DNA of 56,125 nucleotides, the filler included, from Stramenopiles sp. TOSAG23-6 (Eukaryota), in assembly GCA_900128565.1 (NCBI GenBank). It is 2 parts of 2 records of this genome, joined end to end, with 100 filler letters (N's around TTAATTAATTAA, not from the genome) between each part and the next. Parts side by side here need not be neighbours in the genome. Positions count along the whole stretch, not along the records: positions 28,451 to 56,125 come from LT635979.1; 1 more part is not named here. One strand, written 5' to 3'. Below are positions 45,121-56,066 of this stretch, piece by piece. Numbering within the stretch: position 1 is the first letter of the stretch; every line of letters begins with the position of its first letter. The translations under genes and the position numbers were made by a program. Below the pieces are notes generated by a model. That model saw only the letters and a list, made by a program, of their open reading frames with translations, made no database searches and had not been told where the DNA came from.

Positions 45121-46386
45121 ATGAGTACGTCTAGACCTCGCCAATGGTCTGTATCTAAAGTCCAAGAGCAGTTGCTTCATTCTGAACTACTTTCGACAGA
45201 TTCTAGAAGGAAAAGGTATGGTTATATCGTCGAGGAAATTGTTGAAGTACTCAAAAATTGGGATAATAGGTTTTCAGGTCAAAAACGTTGGCAGTCATTT
45301 CTAAATAAACGAGCCTTGCTCCATGAAATCGAGGAGAGCACGGTTGCATTGCAGTCACTATTTGAGTTCTTAGGAATAAACAAGGTTGAAGAAAATGAAG
45401 AGGTCTGTAGAAATAGCGAAAAGCAAATAACTGTTGTTGACCTTTGTTGTGGTAAAGGTTATTTTAGTATGCTTTTATCGTACCTTGCTGCGAGAATTCC
45501 CGCACTCCGTGCTAGAGTAAAGAAAATTGTCGCATTGGACAAAATGACAAAGCAGAAAGTGAATTGGTATCATATAGAGGTTGCGAATACGGAATATCTA
45601 CAATACTATGAAAATAATATTGAGCAAAGTGATTTTCTTATTCATGGGAATGGATTCAACGGAAATAGTATTTTAGTTGCTGGTTTACCAATAGAGCTCA
45701 TTGATAATTGTAATATTCACAACAATAATTTTATTGATATTCTTCGGAACCAACCAGGCCCCTTAGCTTTGATTGGTATTCATTTATGTAAAGGTTTAAG
45801 TCCATGTTGTGTAGGAACGTTTAATCGTTTAGGTGTAGAAAAAGCTCATTTTCTCTGTCTGGCACCTTGTTGTTTACCTAGACTTAACCAAAAATCAGTT
45901 GCTGTTCGACAATATGAGACGAAATTTGAAATAAAGAATCGTTTAGAATTAGAAAAACTTCGGATACTTGCCTGTAGTAAGAAACGTAACTCTTGTCTTT
46001 ATTGTAGAGAAGAAGGGCATTATCTTCGTGATTGTAGTAAGTTACCGAGTGATCCAATTCAAAAGAAAGAAACAATTATAGACATATTATCAAAAATACC
46101 TTGTTTTAAATGTGGAGGTTTAGGTCATAAAAAGGGACAATGTCCTGTATTACGCAGTGCAAGTCGACCTCCTAGACCGTTACCTATAGCTACAGAAATT
46201 AATCTTGAACCAATCCGATCATCAGAAACTCCATTTGATAGTTATTGTAAAGCACTTTTAGAAACTATTGATGTATCGCGAGAAAAGAGAGAAATTAAAG
46301 TAGTACAAATGCCAGGTAATGGAATGAATCACGACACGAAAAATTGGAATAGTAATAGAAAATGTACATGGCTTATTAGTAATTAA
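45121..46386 (+). CDS. SAM-dependent methyltransferase-like protein with two CCHC zinc knuckles
   Basis: VVDLCCGKGY, GIHLCKGLS, LAPCC; CLYCREEGHYLRDC and CFKCGGLGHKKGQC. Confidence 0.8.
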   Translation: MSTSRPRQWSVSKVQEQLLHSELLSTDSRRKRYGYIVEEIVEVLKNWDNRFSGQKRWQSFLNKRALLHEIEESTVALQSLFEFLGINKVEENEEVCRNSEKQITVVDLCCGKGYFSMLLSYLAARIPALRARVKKIVALDKMTKQKVNWYHIEVANTEYLQYYENNIEQSDFLIHGNGFNGNSILVAGLPIELIDNCNIHNNNFIDILRNQPGPLALIGIHLCKGLSPCCVGTFNRLGVEKAHFLCLAPCCLPRLNQKSVAVRQYETKFEIKNRLELEKLRILACSKKRNSCLYCREEGHYLRDCSKLPSDPIQKKETIIDILSKIPCFKCGGLGHKKGQCPVLRSASRPPRPLPIATEINLEPIRSSETPFDSYCKALLETIDVSREKREIKVVQMPGNGMNHDTKNWNSNRKCTWLISN

Positions 46387-46487
46387 CAAAAATGTACATG
46401 GCTTATTAGTAATTAACAAAAATGTAGTACTATTTTAATGTGAAAGGCACACAAGCTGTTTATAAGCATTATATAATGATTTCCAAA

Positions 46488-47660
46488 TTATGAAATATTT
46501 AGTGACCTGCCCAAAGTGTTGTCATATTTTTCCTGTGAAAATCCACACACTGTCAATGTATATGCATTACTACGAGCAATTCTACCTGAATGTTTTTCAA
46601 ATAGTTGTGCAGAAAAAGGATTCACTCGACCTTTTTTTAGCTCATCTTTAGAATCACTAAATGAATCTGTAAAATGCGCGCCTATCTCATATAGAAACTC
46701 TCCATCACCTTTAACATCTTCTAAACAATTGGCTGTCGCAAATAAAGGAACTTCTTCATTTAATATAGTTTCAATTGTATCTTTCCACATTACTTCATCT
46801 AATTTTAATCCTGCATTAAACGCAACATATAAATCAGGTTTCATCTTTTTCTCAACAGTGCTATCAGAGCCAGTGTCTTTATCCAAATTTGCTCTAACTT
46901 CATTATGGAAAGTCATATAATCTGATTTCATAAATGCTGCTGTGATTTTGTCGTTGATTTGAATAATCGGGTTTGCCTTTGTGTCCTCTGACAAATCAGG
47001 TCCAATTAAAACAAATTCAAAAAACACATCAGGCATCATTGCGCCCAACTCAGGCCAAAAATTTCGAATTAAAGACTCTTCTTGAGATGCAGCACCTAGT
47101 ACGTAAATAACAAGATGCTTTTTATCAAGAACGGTAGTTGGTAAGTTCTGTATCGCAGAGTGAAGTGTTAAAGGACAAGTGAGAGCTGCGGTTACCTTCT
47201 GCATCAAAGTACGGTCTTTTTCGTCTAGTTTGATTTCGCCTTCATATCCTCTAAAAGCGAAATATTCTCCCCAAGATTTCCACAATGTTGGTGTATTCGG
47301 GTCCCCGCTTGCATTGCATGATATTATTGGAATCTCTGGACTTGAATTTTCAGTAGTCTTTTTAGGAATTTTAGGAACTTCAGGTAAGACAATGTCGTCA
47401 GGCATTAGAAAAGGGGTACGTTTGCTAGCAGCTAAAGCTTTATCATCTACATTCATTACGCGAATTTGCTCATCATTATCATCGTCGGGTGGCAATATCA
47501 ATAACTTATCAATTGCAGCGGCTCGTTTTAATAAATTTTTCCTCTTTGTGAGAGCAATCTCTGCTTCAAGAGCAGATTGAGATAGTGCCGACGCCACTGA
47601 TGACATATACTTTCTGTCTAAGAGTGTGTTTCGATTCAATCTTCGAAGTATTTGCAACAT
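46488..47660 (-). CDS. MSS51/ZMYND-C-terminal-like domain protein, probably mitochondrial
   Basis: SWGEYF, LTCPLT, IYVLGA..EE, VLIGPDL, PDLYVAFNAGL, NPF; basic presequence-like N-terminus. Confidence 0.65.
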   Translation of the reverse strand: MLQILRRLNRNTLLDRKYMSSVASALSQSALEAEIALTKRKNLLKRAAAIDKLLILPPDDDNDEQIRVMNVDDKALAASKRTPFLMPDDIVLPEVPKIPKKTTENSSPEIPIISCNASGDPNTPTLWKSWGEYFAFRGYEGEIKLDEKDRTLMQKVTAALTCPLTLHSAIQNLPTTVLDKKHLVIYVLGAASQEESLIRNFWPELGAMMPDVFFEFVLIGPDLSEDTKANPIIQINDKITAAFMKSDYMTFHNEVRANLDKDTGSDSTVEKKMKPDLYVAFNAGLKLDEVMWKDTIETILNEEVPLFATANCLEDVKGDGEFLYEIGAHFTDSFSDSKDELKKGRVNPFSAQLFEKHSGRIARSNAYTLTVCGFSQEKYDNTLGRSLNIS

Positions 47661-47925
47661 CATACAGGAATTAGTCGCCGTAGTTATATAGACGTGTATG
47701 TAAATTACCTATTATGCAATTAATGAAAAGTATACTATCTATCGATAATCTAATATTCTTTCCCCAGGCTGTTGTTGTTAATTAATGAATTTGGTGTTGG
47801 GAACACCACGCGACTCGACTCGTGAGTCGTGACTTTGACTGGCGAATGACACGTGGCAAAAAATAGCTCCGCGAAACAAGAATAAAATTTATCGACAGAA
47901 TTAATTAAAAAAAAAGGAATGAAAA

Positions 47926-49063
47926 ATGATCAAGACGAAATTAGAAACAAAAACAATGGGACCTACCCAAAATGCAATCCAAGAAAAGTATGGCTATAGA
48001 CAATGGTTGTCTAAAAACTATGATTTTGCTAAAAAGCTTGAGGACGGAGCGCGTATGCTAACGTTGTTATGCTCTTCACAACTTGATGAGAGGTCTGGTC
48101 TCCTAGCTGAAGGTGTGTACGCAGTTATAAATACAATAGGAACTTTAAACGACCATATTATATCTCGAGGTGAAACAACAATTGGTAGCAAATCTGCATG
48201 GGCATTGACCCTGATAAGTAATCTTGCTGTAGTTGCTGAAATGCTCTCTGCTAGAAAAGGAAATAAGTCAAAGTGGCGTACAATTACTTATGTCGAGTTG
48301 TTGAAGGCTGCTCTTAGAATTATGATTCTTATACGTAGTGGCTGGGCTACCCAAATAAATGATTCTTTGTACATGCCAATTGACGACGATGTTCAAAGAA
48401 CAAAAGATCAACAATTGTGGTGGAGAGGTCGTCGTAGTGGCTCTTTGATACCACTTCCTTCTGGACTCTCTGCTCACAAATTCAAACAATTGAAGAACAA
48501 AGGAACACTTGTTCGTTCTCCAAATACTCCACGAGGTGTATATTCCAGTATTGGTGAATTACTGTATATAATACGACCTGTAGTTTTCTCATTGATGCGA
48601 TCTAAACAAAATACAAATACAAAGAAAAATATGTTCTGGGCTCCTTTTCTCCTATCCCTTGCTATTGACTTTGCGAGCTATCGTTGTTCAAATGCAGCTG
48701 TGAAATCAGCAGAAAAACGTGATGAAGCAACTACTGTAGGAGGCGGATCAGTACCATCTTTTATTAGTATGGAATTTTCTAGACGAAAACTTTTGTGGTT
48801 ACTTTACGCACTTAGAGAACCTTTCTTCAGTTCTGTCACAAAAAGAGCAACAGACAAAGTTAGCTCTTTGTCAAGTATGTTTTATTTTTTTCAATTTCAA
48901 AATTATTTTTTTTTCGTACGAAATTTCGTACCTAACAAATTCAACAAAAAAAAATATTTTTCACAATATATATTACGTTCCACTTTTTGGTATGTTAGTT
49001 CGTTATATGCTTGATATGTTGTACTATATCCAGCGACATCACTTTTATATCTCTGGCTCATAA
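47926..49063 (+). CDS. PEX16: Peroxisomal membrane biogenesis protein PEX16; exons 47926-48874 and 48972-49063
   Basis: ELLKAALR, GELLYIIRPVV, RRKLLWLLYALREPFF; spliced C-terminus NYVPLFG...QRHHFYISGS*. Confidence 0.85.
48875..48971 (+). other. Non-canonical GT-AT intron (97 bp)
   Basis: Family consensus; removal restores the PEX16 C-terminus; no AG within ~25 nt downstream. Confidence 0.9.
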
Positions 49064-49242
49064 AAATAAACATATACAATATTTTTATATTTCAAGTTGA
49101 ATTTAATGTAATAATAAAAACGTGTTATTTAGAATGTTAAATATTATTTTCTATTTTAGAAACTATTTCAAAAGTGTTTACGATTTAAAAAAAATGAAAA
49201 CCTTTCATAATCTAATCCTAGGTACATATATCTACAACCCTA

Positions 49243-49812
49243 TTATGTAGTATTAAATACACAAAATATTGTAACAACAAGTGCTACAACGGATAACAAA
49301 ATAAACGGTCTCACATTCATTCTTGAAGGAAAAGTGTTTTCTTCTCCATTTTTTTTTTTAGATTTCATATTTGTTTTCATTGTAGGCTTATCATCATAAA
49401 GCCCCTTTGCCGTTTTTTTTGAAAAGAATCCTTTTCTTAAACGTAGAGGTTTTCCTTTGCCATGTTGTGCAACCTTTTTTCTATATTTTTCTTTACAATC
49501 CTGATCTTTTTTATATCGCAAAGTGGCATTGATGATACGCTTTGTGTAATTATGAGCAGCAGGTTTCGCTAACTCAGCCTCTAACTCTTCAACACTGAGT
49601 TGTGATAGCTTTTCAATGGCTAAATTCCGATCACTCGGTTTAATAAAAGGTACGGACGATACTCCAGAGACTGAACCATCGTCATCCGCCTGGCGTTTGG
49701 CAGTAGCCAACATTTCTGCATTTCTTTCACTTTCTGCGGCAGCAACAGCATCTTCCTCGGCTCTAGATTCGACAACCTCAATCTTTTCAAATTTTGAGTA
49801 ATCTATAGGCAT
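49243..49812 (-). CDS. Hypothetical tail-anchored protein
   Basis: MPIDYSKFEKIE start; single C-terminal hydrophobic helix. Confidence 0.6.
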   Translation of the reverse strand: MPIDYSKFEKIEVVESRAEEDAVAAAESERNAEMLATAKRQADDDGSVSGVSSVPFIKPSDRNLAIEKLSQLSVEELEAELAKPAAHNYTKRIINATLRYKKDQDCKEKYRKKVAQHGKGKPLRLRKGFFSKKTAKGLYDDKPTMKTNMKSKKKNGEENTFPSRMNVRPFILLSVVALVVTIFCVFNTT

Positions 49813-50194
49813 TGGTACGCACTTAGTATTGTTACAATCAAGACATTTCGATGATATAATCAATCTCCAATATTATTTATATTATATAAGCTTGGAGTAT
49901 GAAAGAATACTAGCGAAAACACGAAAAATAAATTAAAATTTGACCGATATGAAAAAAATACGCTCATTGCGCGCCAAACGTCGGTCGACTCGATCGATCC
50001 ATCAAAAAAAAAGAAGAAGAAGAAGTGATTGATGTGTGTGTGCCGCTTCGATTGATTCCGATTGATTGCGATTGGTACCAGGTCCCAGGAGCTGTTCTTT
50101 TTTTGAATTATTGATCATTCACAACAGCGACACTGTTCACGACAACGAACAGCAACACGAGTCTGTTCAAGGCAGTAACTGTTTCGAGATAACG

Positions 50195-52156
50195 ATGAAT
50201 ATATCGTTTTTCTCGGACGTTTCCACCACAAGTTACCAAAATCTTTCGGCAGCTTGTGTATTTGACGGCTGCAATCAGTCATCAATAGTATTCGGGAATG
50301 ATCAAGAAAATTCCTTTGATAGTAATTTTAACGCTTCCGCAGAGTTTGGTCGGGGAGAAAAAGAAGAAGAAGTGATTGATGACTCCATTTATCAAGGGAA
50401 GCCCCCCATAGAAATCAAAAGTCCACGTAGTCCACAACTAAATGGTACAAATTTGTTTTTGCCAAGGTCCAAATTGACTGAAAGTATCTTGGAAAGCAAG
50501 TCGCCTGTACATTTGCATCATTCATTTCAAATTTATAGTTCAAGTTTTATTTATTTTATATCCAATGTGTCTAATGAATTTCAAATTTGAAATATTCTTT
50601 TACAATATATGTTCCTATATCTCGAAATGATCAAGATGATATTAGAAATGATGTCAGTGTCCCCGCTACTGCCTGTTCTGACTTCTCTACCCCGAGTAGT
50701 TTTGACGGTTCTAGTGCACCAGGTGGAGGCGTTGATGTGACTTCTCGTAAACATACTGGTGATCAAGATGATATTAGAAATGATGTCAGTGTCCCTGCTA
50801 CTGCCTGTTCCTCCCTCTCTACCCCGAGTAGTTTGATCGGTTCAAGTGCAGCAGGTGGAGGCATTGATGTGACTTCTTGTAAACATACTGGTGGATACAT
50901 TCATGATGACCATACAAACAAAATAACACCCAACAAAAATGTACATTTACGTCATTCATTTCAAATTTATAGTTCAAGTTTTATTTATTTTATATCCAAT
51001 GTGTCTAATGAATTTCAAATTTGAAATATTCTTTTACAATATATGTTCCTATACCTCGAAATGACCAACAAGATGATATCAGAAATGATCTCAGTGTCCC
51101 TGCTACTGCCTGTTCCTCCCTCTCTACCCCGAGCGGTTCAAGTGCAGCAGGTGGAGGCATTGATGTGACTTCTTGTAAACATACTGGTGGATACATTCAT
51201 GATGACCATACAAACAAAATAACACCCAACAAAAATGTACATTTACGTCATTCATTTCAAATTTATAGTTCAAGTTTTATTTATTTTATATCCAATGTGT
51301 CTAATGAATTTCAAATTTCAAATATTCTTTTACAATATATGTTCCTATATCTCGAAATGACCAACAAGATGATATCAGAAATGATGTCAGTGTCCCTGCT
51401 ACTGCCTGTTCTGACTTCTCTACCCTGAGTAGTTTGGTCGGTTCTAGTGCAGCAGGTGGAGGCATTGATGTGATTTCTCGTAAACATACCTGTGGAACTC
51501 GTGGAACTGGTGGTTACATTGCTTGCCCTAAATGGACCACTTCAAAAAAAAGTGCCATATTGGCAAGAGATATTTTGTGTTGTCAAAAAAAACAACAACC
51601 CGATCAAGGTGGTCTTGTCATGCACCGTCATTGCAAAATACAACACTCGAATCTTGGTGGACGAAATTGTTGTTTGAATGCCTTCGACTTTGCAACTGGA
51701 AAATTTCGTACAGTCACAAGGAAGCAGATGCAACTGGAAGGTGCAGGCGACATCAGCATTATTGACATAGCCAAATACGTTAATGAATGTGGAAAGAAGG
51801 TACCCTTTAGATTGCGTACAAGGCCTGGGATGACCTGGGGTTGCCTAATTTCAAAAAAAGAAGGAATATTTGTTGGTCGTAGCTATGTTTATTCTGATAA
51901 ATCTCATCATTACATCGTTTATGATGCCTGGCGCTCGATCATATATATTGGATGTGGTTTTGCAGATGTGATGATCCAGGAAAGTGATCGTGAGGATCCA
52001 AAAGCCTTTGAGAAAAGATTTTCTGATGAATATGGCCTTGGTCTCCAAGTGGAACATTTGTACTGTTTGTATGTCATTGCAAAGCATGCATTCAAAACAA
52101 CATACAACACTCCAGATGACTACAAGCCTAAGTCGAAGAAGCGTAAGCTAATGTAA
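50195..52156 (+). CDS. Internally triplicated protein with C-terminal Cys/His domain (possibly papain-like); exons 50195-50506, 50611-50940, 51045-51236, 51341-52156
   Basis: Four ORFs join in frame via three phase-0 GT-AT introns; DDIRNDVSVPATACS repeats; NCCLNAF...HYIVYDAWR. Confidence 0.65.
50507..50610 (+). other. GT-AT intron (104 bp), divergent family member, copy 1
   Basis: GTACATTT...GTCTAAT...GAAATATTCTTTTACAATATAT; in-frame join. Confidence 0.75.
50941..51044 (+). other. GT-AT intron (104 bp), copy 2
   Basis: Near-identical to copy 1; in-frame join. Confidence 0.75.
51237..51340 (+). other. GT-AT intron (104 bp), copy 3
   Basis: Near-identical to copy 1; in-frame join to ORF 51434-52156. 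Confidence 0.75.
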
Positions 52157-52209
52157 AAAATGTGTCTTTATATGGTATAGTGAGTTTTTCCTAGTATTTT
52201 TGTTTTTAT

Positions 52210-52525
52210 TACCAAGATGAATAATGTTAGTTTTGAAAATAAGAATTTTATTCATTTAAAATACTATTGACATATTGTGCATATTATTTGATACCAAGAC
52301 TGATAATGTTCGCTTTAAAAATAGCAATGCTTATTCATTTTTAAAATATTGTTCGACACAAAGACAAATAATATTAGGTTTAAATGCATTGTTTATTCAT
52401 TTTTAAAATACGGCTAACATATTTTACATATTATTGGATATATTTTTGTTTTATTGCAAAGCAATTGAAAATAACATTGTTTATTCATTTTAAATACTAC
52501 TAACATATTGTCCATATTATTTCCA
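52210..52525. repeat. Degenerate AT-rich tandem repeats
   Basis: Recurrent TTATTCATTT(T)AAAATA...ACATATT units, ~4 copies. Confidence 0.55.
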
Positions 52526-52993
52526 TCATATATGTCCCCCTCTAGTTTTGGAGTTTTTTTTATAAAGTACTGTATAATTTGGGGCAAATATTGCCCTATG
52601 TGTTTTTGACCTTTTTTTTTTTTGATTTTTTGATTATTCTATTGTTTTGGGAATTTCAACATATATTATGTAGTATAAAAGTTGAGTCTCCTAGAGTAAA
52701 TGAAAATGGAAACTTCTATTTATTACTAATGAGCTTGATGTCCTTGGTTTGTGAATCTTTTATTCATATTGTGATACCTCTAGAATTTCATACTACATGT
52801 ATTATTGAAATGTGTAAACTACGAATAAGAAATTTCAAATTTTGATTTGAGATTTTTAGATTGCCATTGCGGTCAAAAACTGTCATTTTTGATGATTTTT
52901 TGAAATTTTTATCATTTCTCGTGCCTTGCATGATTAATCAGAAGGTTTTATCAACTTTGTTGGTTTATTTTTTACTTTGTGTCTGCATTCGCC

Positions 52994-55900
52994 ATGAGTG
53001 GACGTGATCGTTTGATTGATTACTTTGTTTGTTCTTCTTGTGATGATTATGAATCGCAGCTGCAAAGTATGCTTGCCGAAACTTCAGAAGTTTATGGATC
53101 GGATCTTCCGATAACAGATCTTGCGGTCATCTTTCCAACGTGTGGTGATTCAGTTCCCGATGGTTTCGAGGTCATTGATAGAAGCTATGGTGGTCAAAGT
53201 GCAGACTTAAATGGCGGGCGATTTATGTCTAAGATTTGCTATATCTGCGTCGAACGAAAGTCTAACAATCGTCAACCTATTATTGACATAAAACTAATCA
53301 AAGTCAATGAAAGTGACATTGTAGAATACAGAAAATATGTACCTGGAGTTACACCAGAATCCCCTACGAATAAAACAACTTTATCAGCTGGAGGTCGTAC
53401 AATATTAAAACTAGCTCTCTCTGGGTATATTATTATTAAGGAAACACCGTCTGGTTTGCCTGCAAATTTAAATATGGGTCGGTTTGGTCCAGACATTTTC
53501 ATGGCATTTAGAAGACAAGCAGATGTTCCTACTGTTGAAGAATTATACAGATCATTGGCCCCCATTGTCGAAGTTGCCGTCTTACAGCCTGGTAATACCA
53601 CACCACCTCCAGGTTTTTTTATGGATCCTACAAATGTCAATGAAGTGAAATTATCAAGGACACCAGCACGGCATATCTGTTTCCGACGTGCCGAAGCCAA
53701 TTCTTTAATAGATTATACATTTGAAGCAAAAATTTCAGATCGATTTCCAGAGAGTAATTATTCTGACTTTGATTTGCCTTCAATTATTCATCATTTTTGT
53801 TTCCCTCAGGGAGTTAAACTAAAAAGATGTAAAAATGATGCGATGCCAATACCTACTTGGCATATCTTTGTACTTACCGGTGGTGCTGGACAAAGAGTAT
53901 TCGGAGCTTGCCTAACGTTTTATGAGAAACTTTCAAAGGAGACAACGTCTGCAATTCAAAATCTACAATGGAAAAATCGAATTTCATTGATAAGTAATGA
54001 AGGATTGAAATTAGAACCGATAAAATCTAGTGTATCGAATGGACCTACAGGTGAAATGTCTAATATGTGCACATATACACCAAAGTGTATTGCTGTACTC
54101 TCACATTTTGCATTTTTTAAACCCCTTAAACAGTTTCTCACACAATTATATAGTGTTTCGTTAGGTACTTCTCTTGTTCCAATTGAACGGATAATTGGTC
54201 AATTTCTACTCAATGTGCCAAGACCTGTCTCTGGAGAGCAATCAGTGATGATGTGGCCTGCTAAAGATAAAACATTTTCAGAATTAACATTCAATCCTGA
54301 TAATCTAAACAATCCGGAAATTGAGGGATCTCAAAAAGTCATTAGTGGAGCTTTCGATACAGTTGTAATGACTGCGGATGAACGTGGTGACAATGGACAG
54401 TTTGTAACATCTAAAAAAGTTCCCGCAGGATCTGTAAAATTTACACCGTCAGATGTCAAATTCTCAGCTCCAAGGGCTGATTACCTCCCTTTGTTAGATT
54501 TATCATTTGTTCCTTTATTTCAACATTTAGGGTGTGATCTTGTAATTGCGGTAATCTATACACTTCTATTAGAAGAACGTGTACTTTTTTATCATTCATT
54601 TAAATTTTGTGTTTTGGTAGAAAATTCTGTACCTAACAATTTTGTTTTGAAATGTTTTTCACAATACATGTACTTTTGGTTTCCCGACAACTTGCACTAC
54701 TTGGTCAAGTGGGTGAGCTTTTGCGTGCATTACTTTTACCCTTCCAATGGCAAGGTGTTTACATACCAGTTTGTCCTAATTACATGTCCGGATTTTTAAA
54801 TGCTCCGATGCCTTTCATATTAGGTATATCACCTGATGAATTACCAAATGATTTGGTACCAAAAGAAGGCCAACTCGCTGTCCCTGATGATGTTTTGTGT
54901 GTTAACCTTGATAGTAATTCAGTGTCCATGGGTTGGCGAGGCAATCAAAAAGGTGATACAGTTAGTGATTTAATCCGTGGGTCTGAATGGCGTGCATGTT
55001 CTAATGCAGCAAATGAGTTAGCTAAAGTAGTAAAATCTAGTGGAATTGATCCAAAAGGTCCTTCGTATTCTTGTATGTTTTCATTAGAAATTTCGAATAT
55101 AGTATTCAAATGTATTGTTCAAATATATTGTTTAAATATATTGTTTACATATATTTATGTTTGTATCAAATGTTGTTTCCAATAATTATTGAATTTGACA
55201 TAATTTTTCACATTACATCTACTTCAAATGACAACATCAAAAATAAAACAACAAACAATTTAGATTTTGGCTTTGCATTCAAGACTGAAATGTGTGTAGA
55301 TTACAATTTGCCACCACTACGCATCCGTGCAATTGTCTTGACAATGATGTGTGAAATTCTTGGAGGTTATGTATGTTTCATCGCCAACATTTTTGTAAGA
55401 AAATTCTGTACCTAATGATTTTTTTACTAACAAAATATATACATATATATATTTTTCACAATTCATAGACGTTTTCTTAAAATTGGATTTCCAAAAAATA
55501 ATACTCAAATAAAATCTGATGCTAGTGTTTCATCAAGTAGCTGTGAGACTAATCATGTATGTTTTATTTTTTTTTTACAAAAAATTCGATTTTTTTTTTC
55601 GTACGAAATTTTGTACCTAACAAAAAACAATTTGAAATATTTTTCCAAAATACATTTCGTATACGTTTATTTGAAAATAATAGAATTTACACCAAAAATA
55701 ACAAAAATACAAATTCTGATTGTTTATGTAAATATTTGAGTATTGACCGAGAAGGACCTCTTTATGTTTTCACAATATATCTAACTCGTTCATCGTATGA
55801 TATGATTCCAAAAGAAATGCAAATAATTATAGAAAAAAGTAATAGATGTACGTAGTCTTGTTATATTTCGTGTTTTTTTTTTTTTTTTGTAAAAAAAAAT

Positions 55901-56066
55901 TTGTAAAAAAAAGTCATACCTAACGATTTTTTTAAACAAAAACAAAATCTTTTTTCACAATACATCTCATAAACAAAATGGAAACAAAATTAAGGGATTA
56001 ATTCGTGTAATTCCTGTAATCTTTCAACAAGGCATTAACGAGAAAGCATTACTTCAAGACTGGGTT
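52994..56066 (+). CDS. MABP + uDENN/DENN/dDENN Rab-GEF (DENND4-like); multi-exon, runs off window
   Basis: LIDYFV, PITDLAVI, ADLNGG, DRFP, FCFPQG, FVLTG, FGACLTFYE, PKCIAVLSH, LLEERVLLVS, LLPFQWQGVYIPV, APMPFILG, GGYRRFL after removing family introns. Confidence 0.85.
54581..54669 (+). other. Non-canonical GT-AT intron (89 bp)
   Basis: Removal gives LLEER-VLLVSRQLALL (DENN core). Confidence 0.85.
55073..55218 (+). other. Non-canonical GT-AT intron (146 bp, diverged interior)
   Basis: GTATGTTTT...TTTTCACATTACAT; in-frame join PSYS-S-TSNDN. Confidence 0.7.
55371..55466 (+). other. Non-canonical GT-AT intron (96 bp)
   Basis: Removal gives LGGY-RRFLKI; using the adjacent AG (55467-55468) gives a stop within four codons. 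Confidence 0.85.
55557..55655 (+). other. Non-canonical GT-AT intron (99 bp)
   Basis: Full consensus, ends CCAAAATACAT. Confidence 0.75.
55659..55780 (+). other. Putative GT-AT intron (122 bp) following a 3-nt micro-exon
   Basis: GTATACG...TTTTCACAATATAT; needed to regain the frame LTRSSYDM. Confidence 0.55.
55848..55965 (+). other. Non-canonical GT-AT intron (118 bp)
   Basis: GTACGT...ATACCTAAC...TTTCACAATACAT; in-frame join SNR-S-HKQNG. Confidence 0.75.

Noticed and set aside
46360-46426. 30-bp tandem duplication over the methyltransferase stop codon
   Set aside because: Simple slippage or assembly duplicate with no coding effect.
52530-52600. Helitron-like end (CTAG and GGGCAAATATTGCCC hairpin)
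   Set aside because: Order and spacing do not match a Helitron 3' end, and no Rep/helicase gene is nearby.
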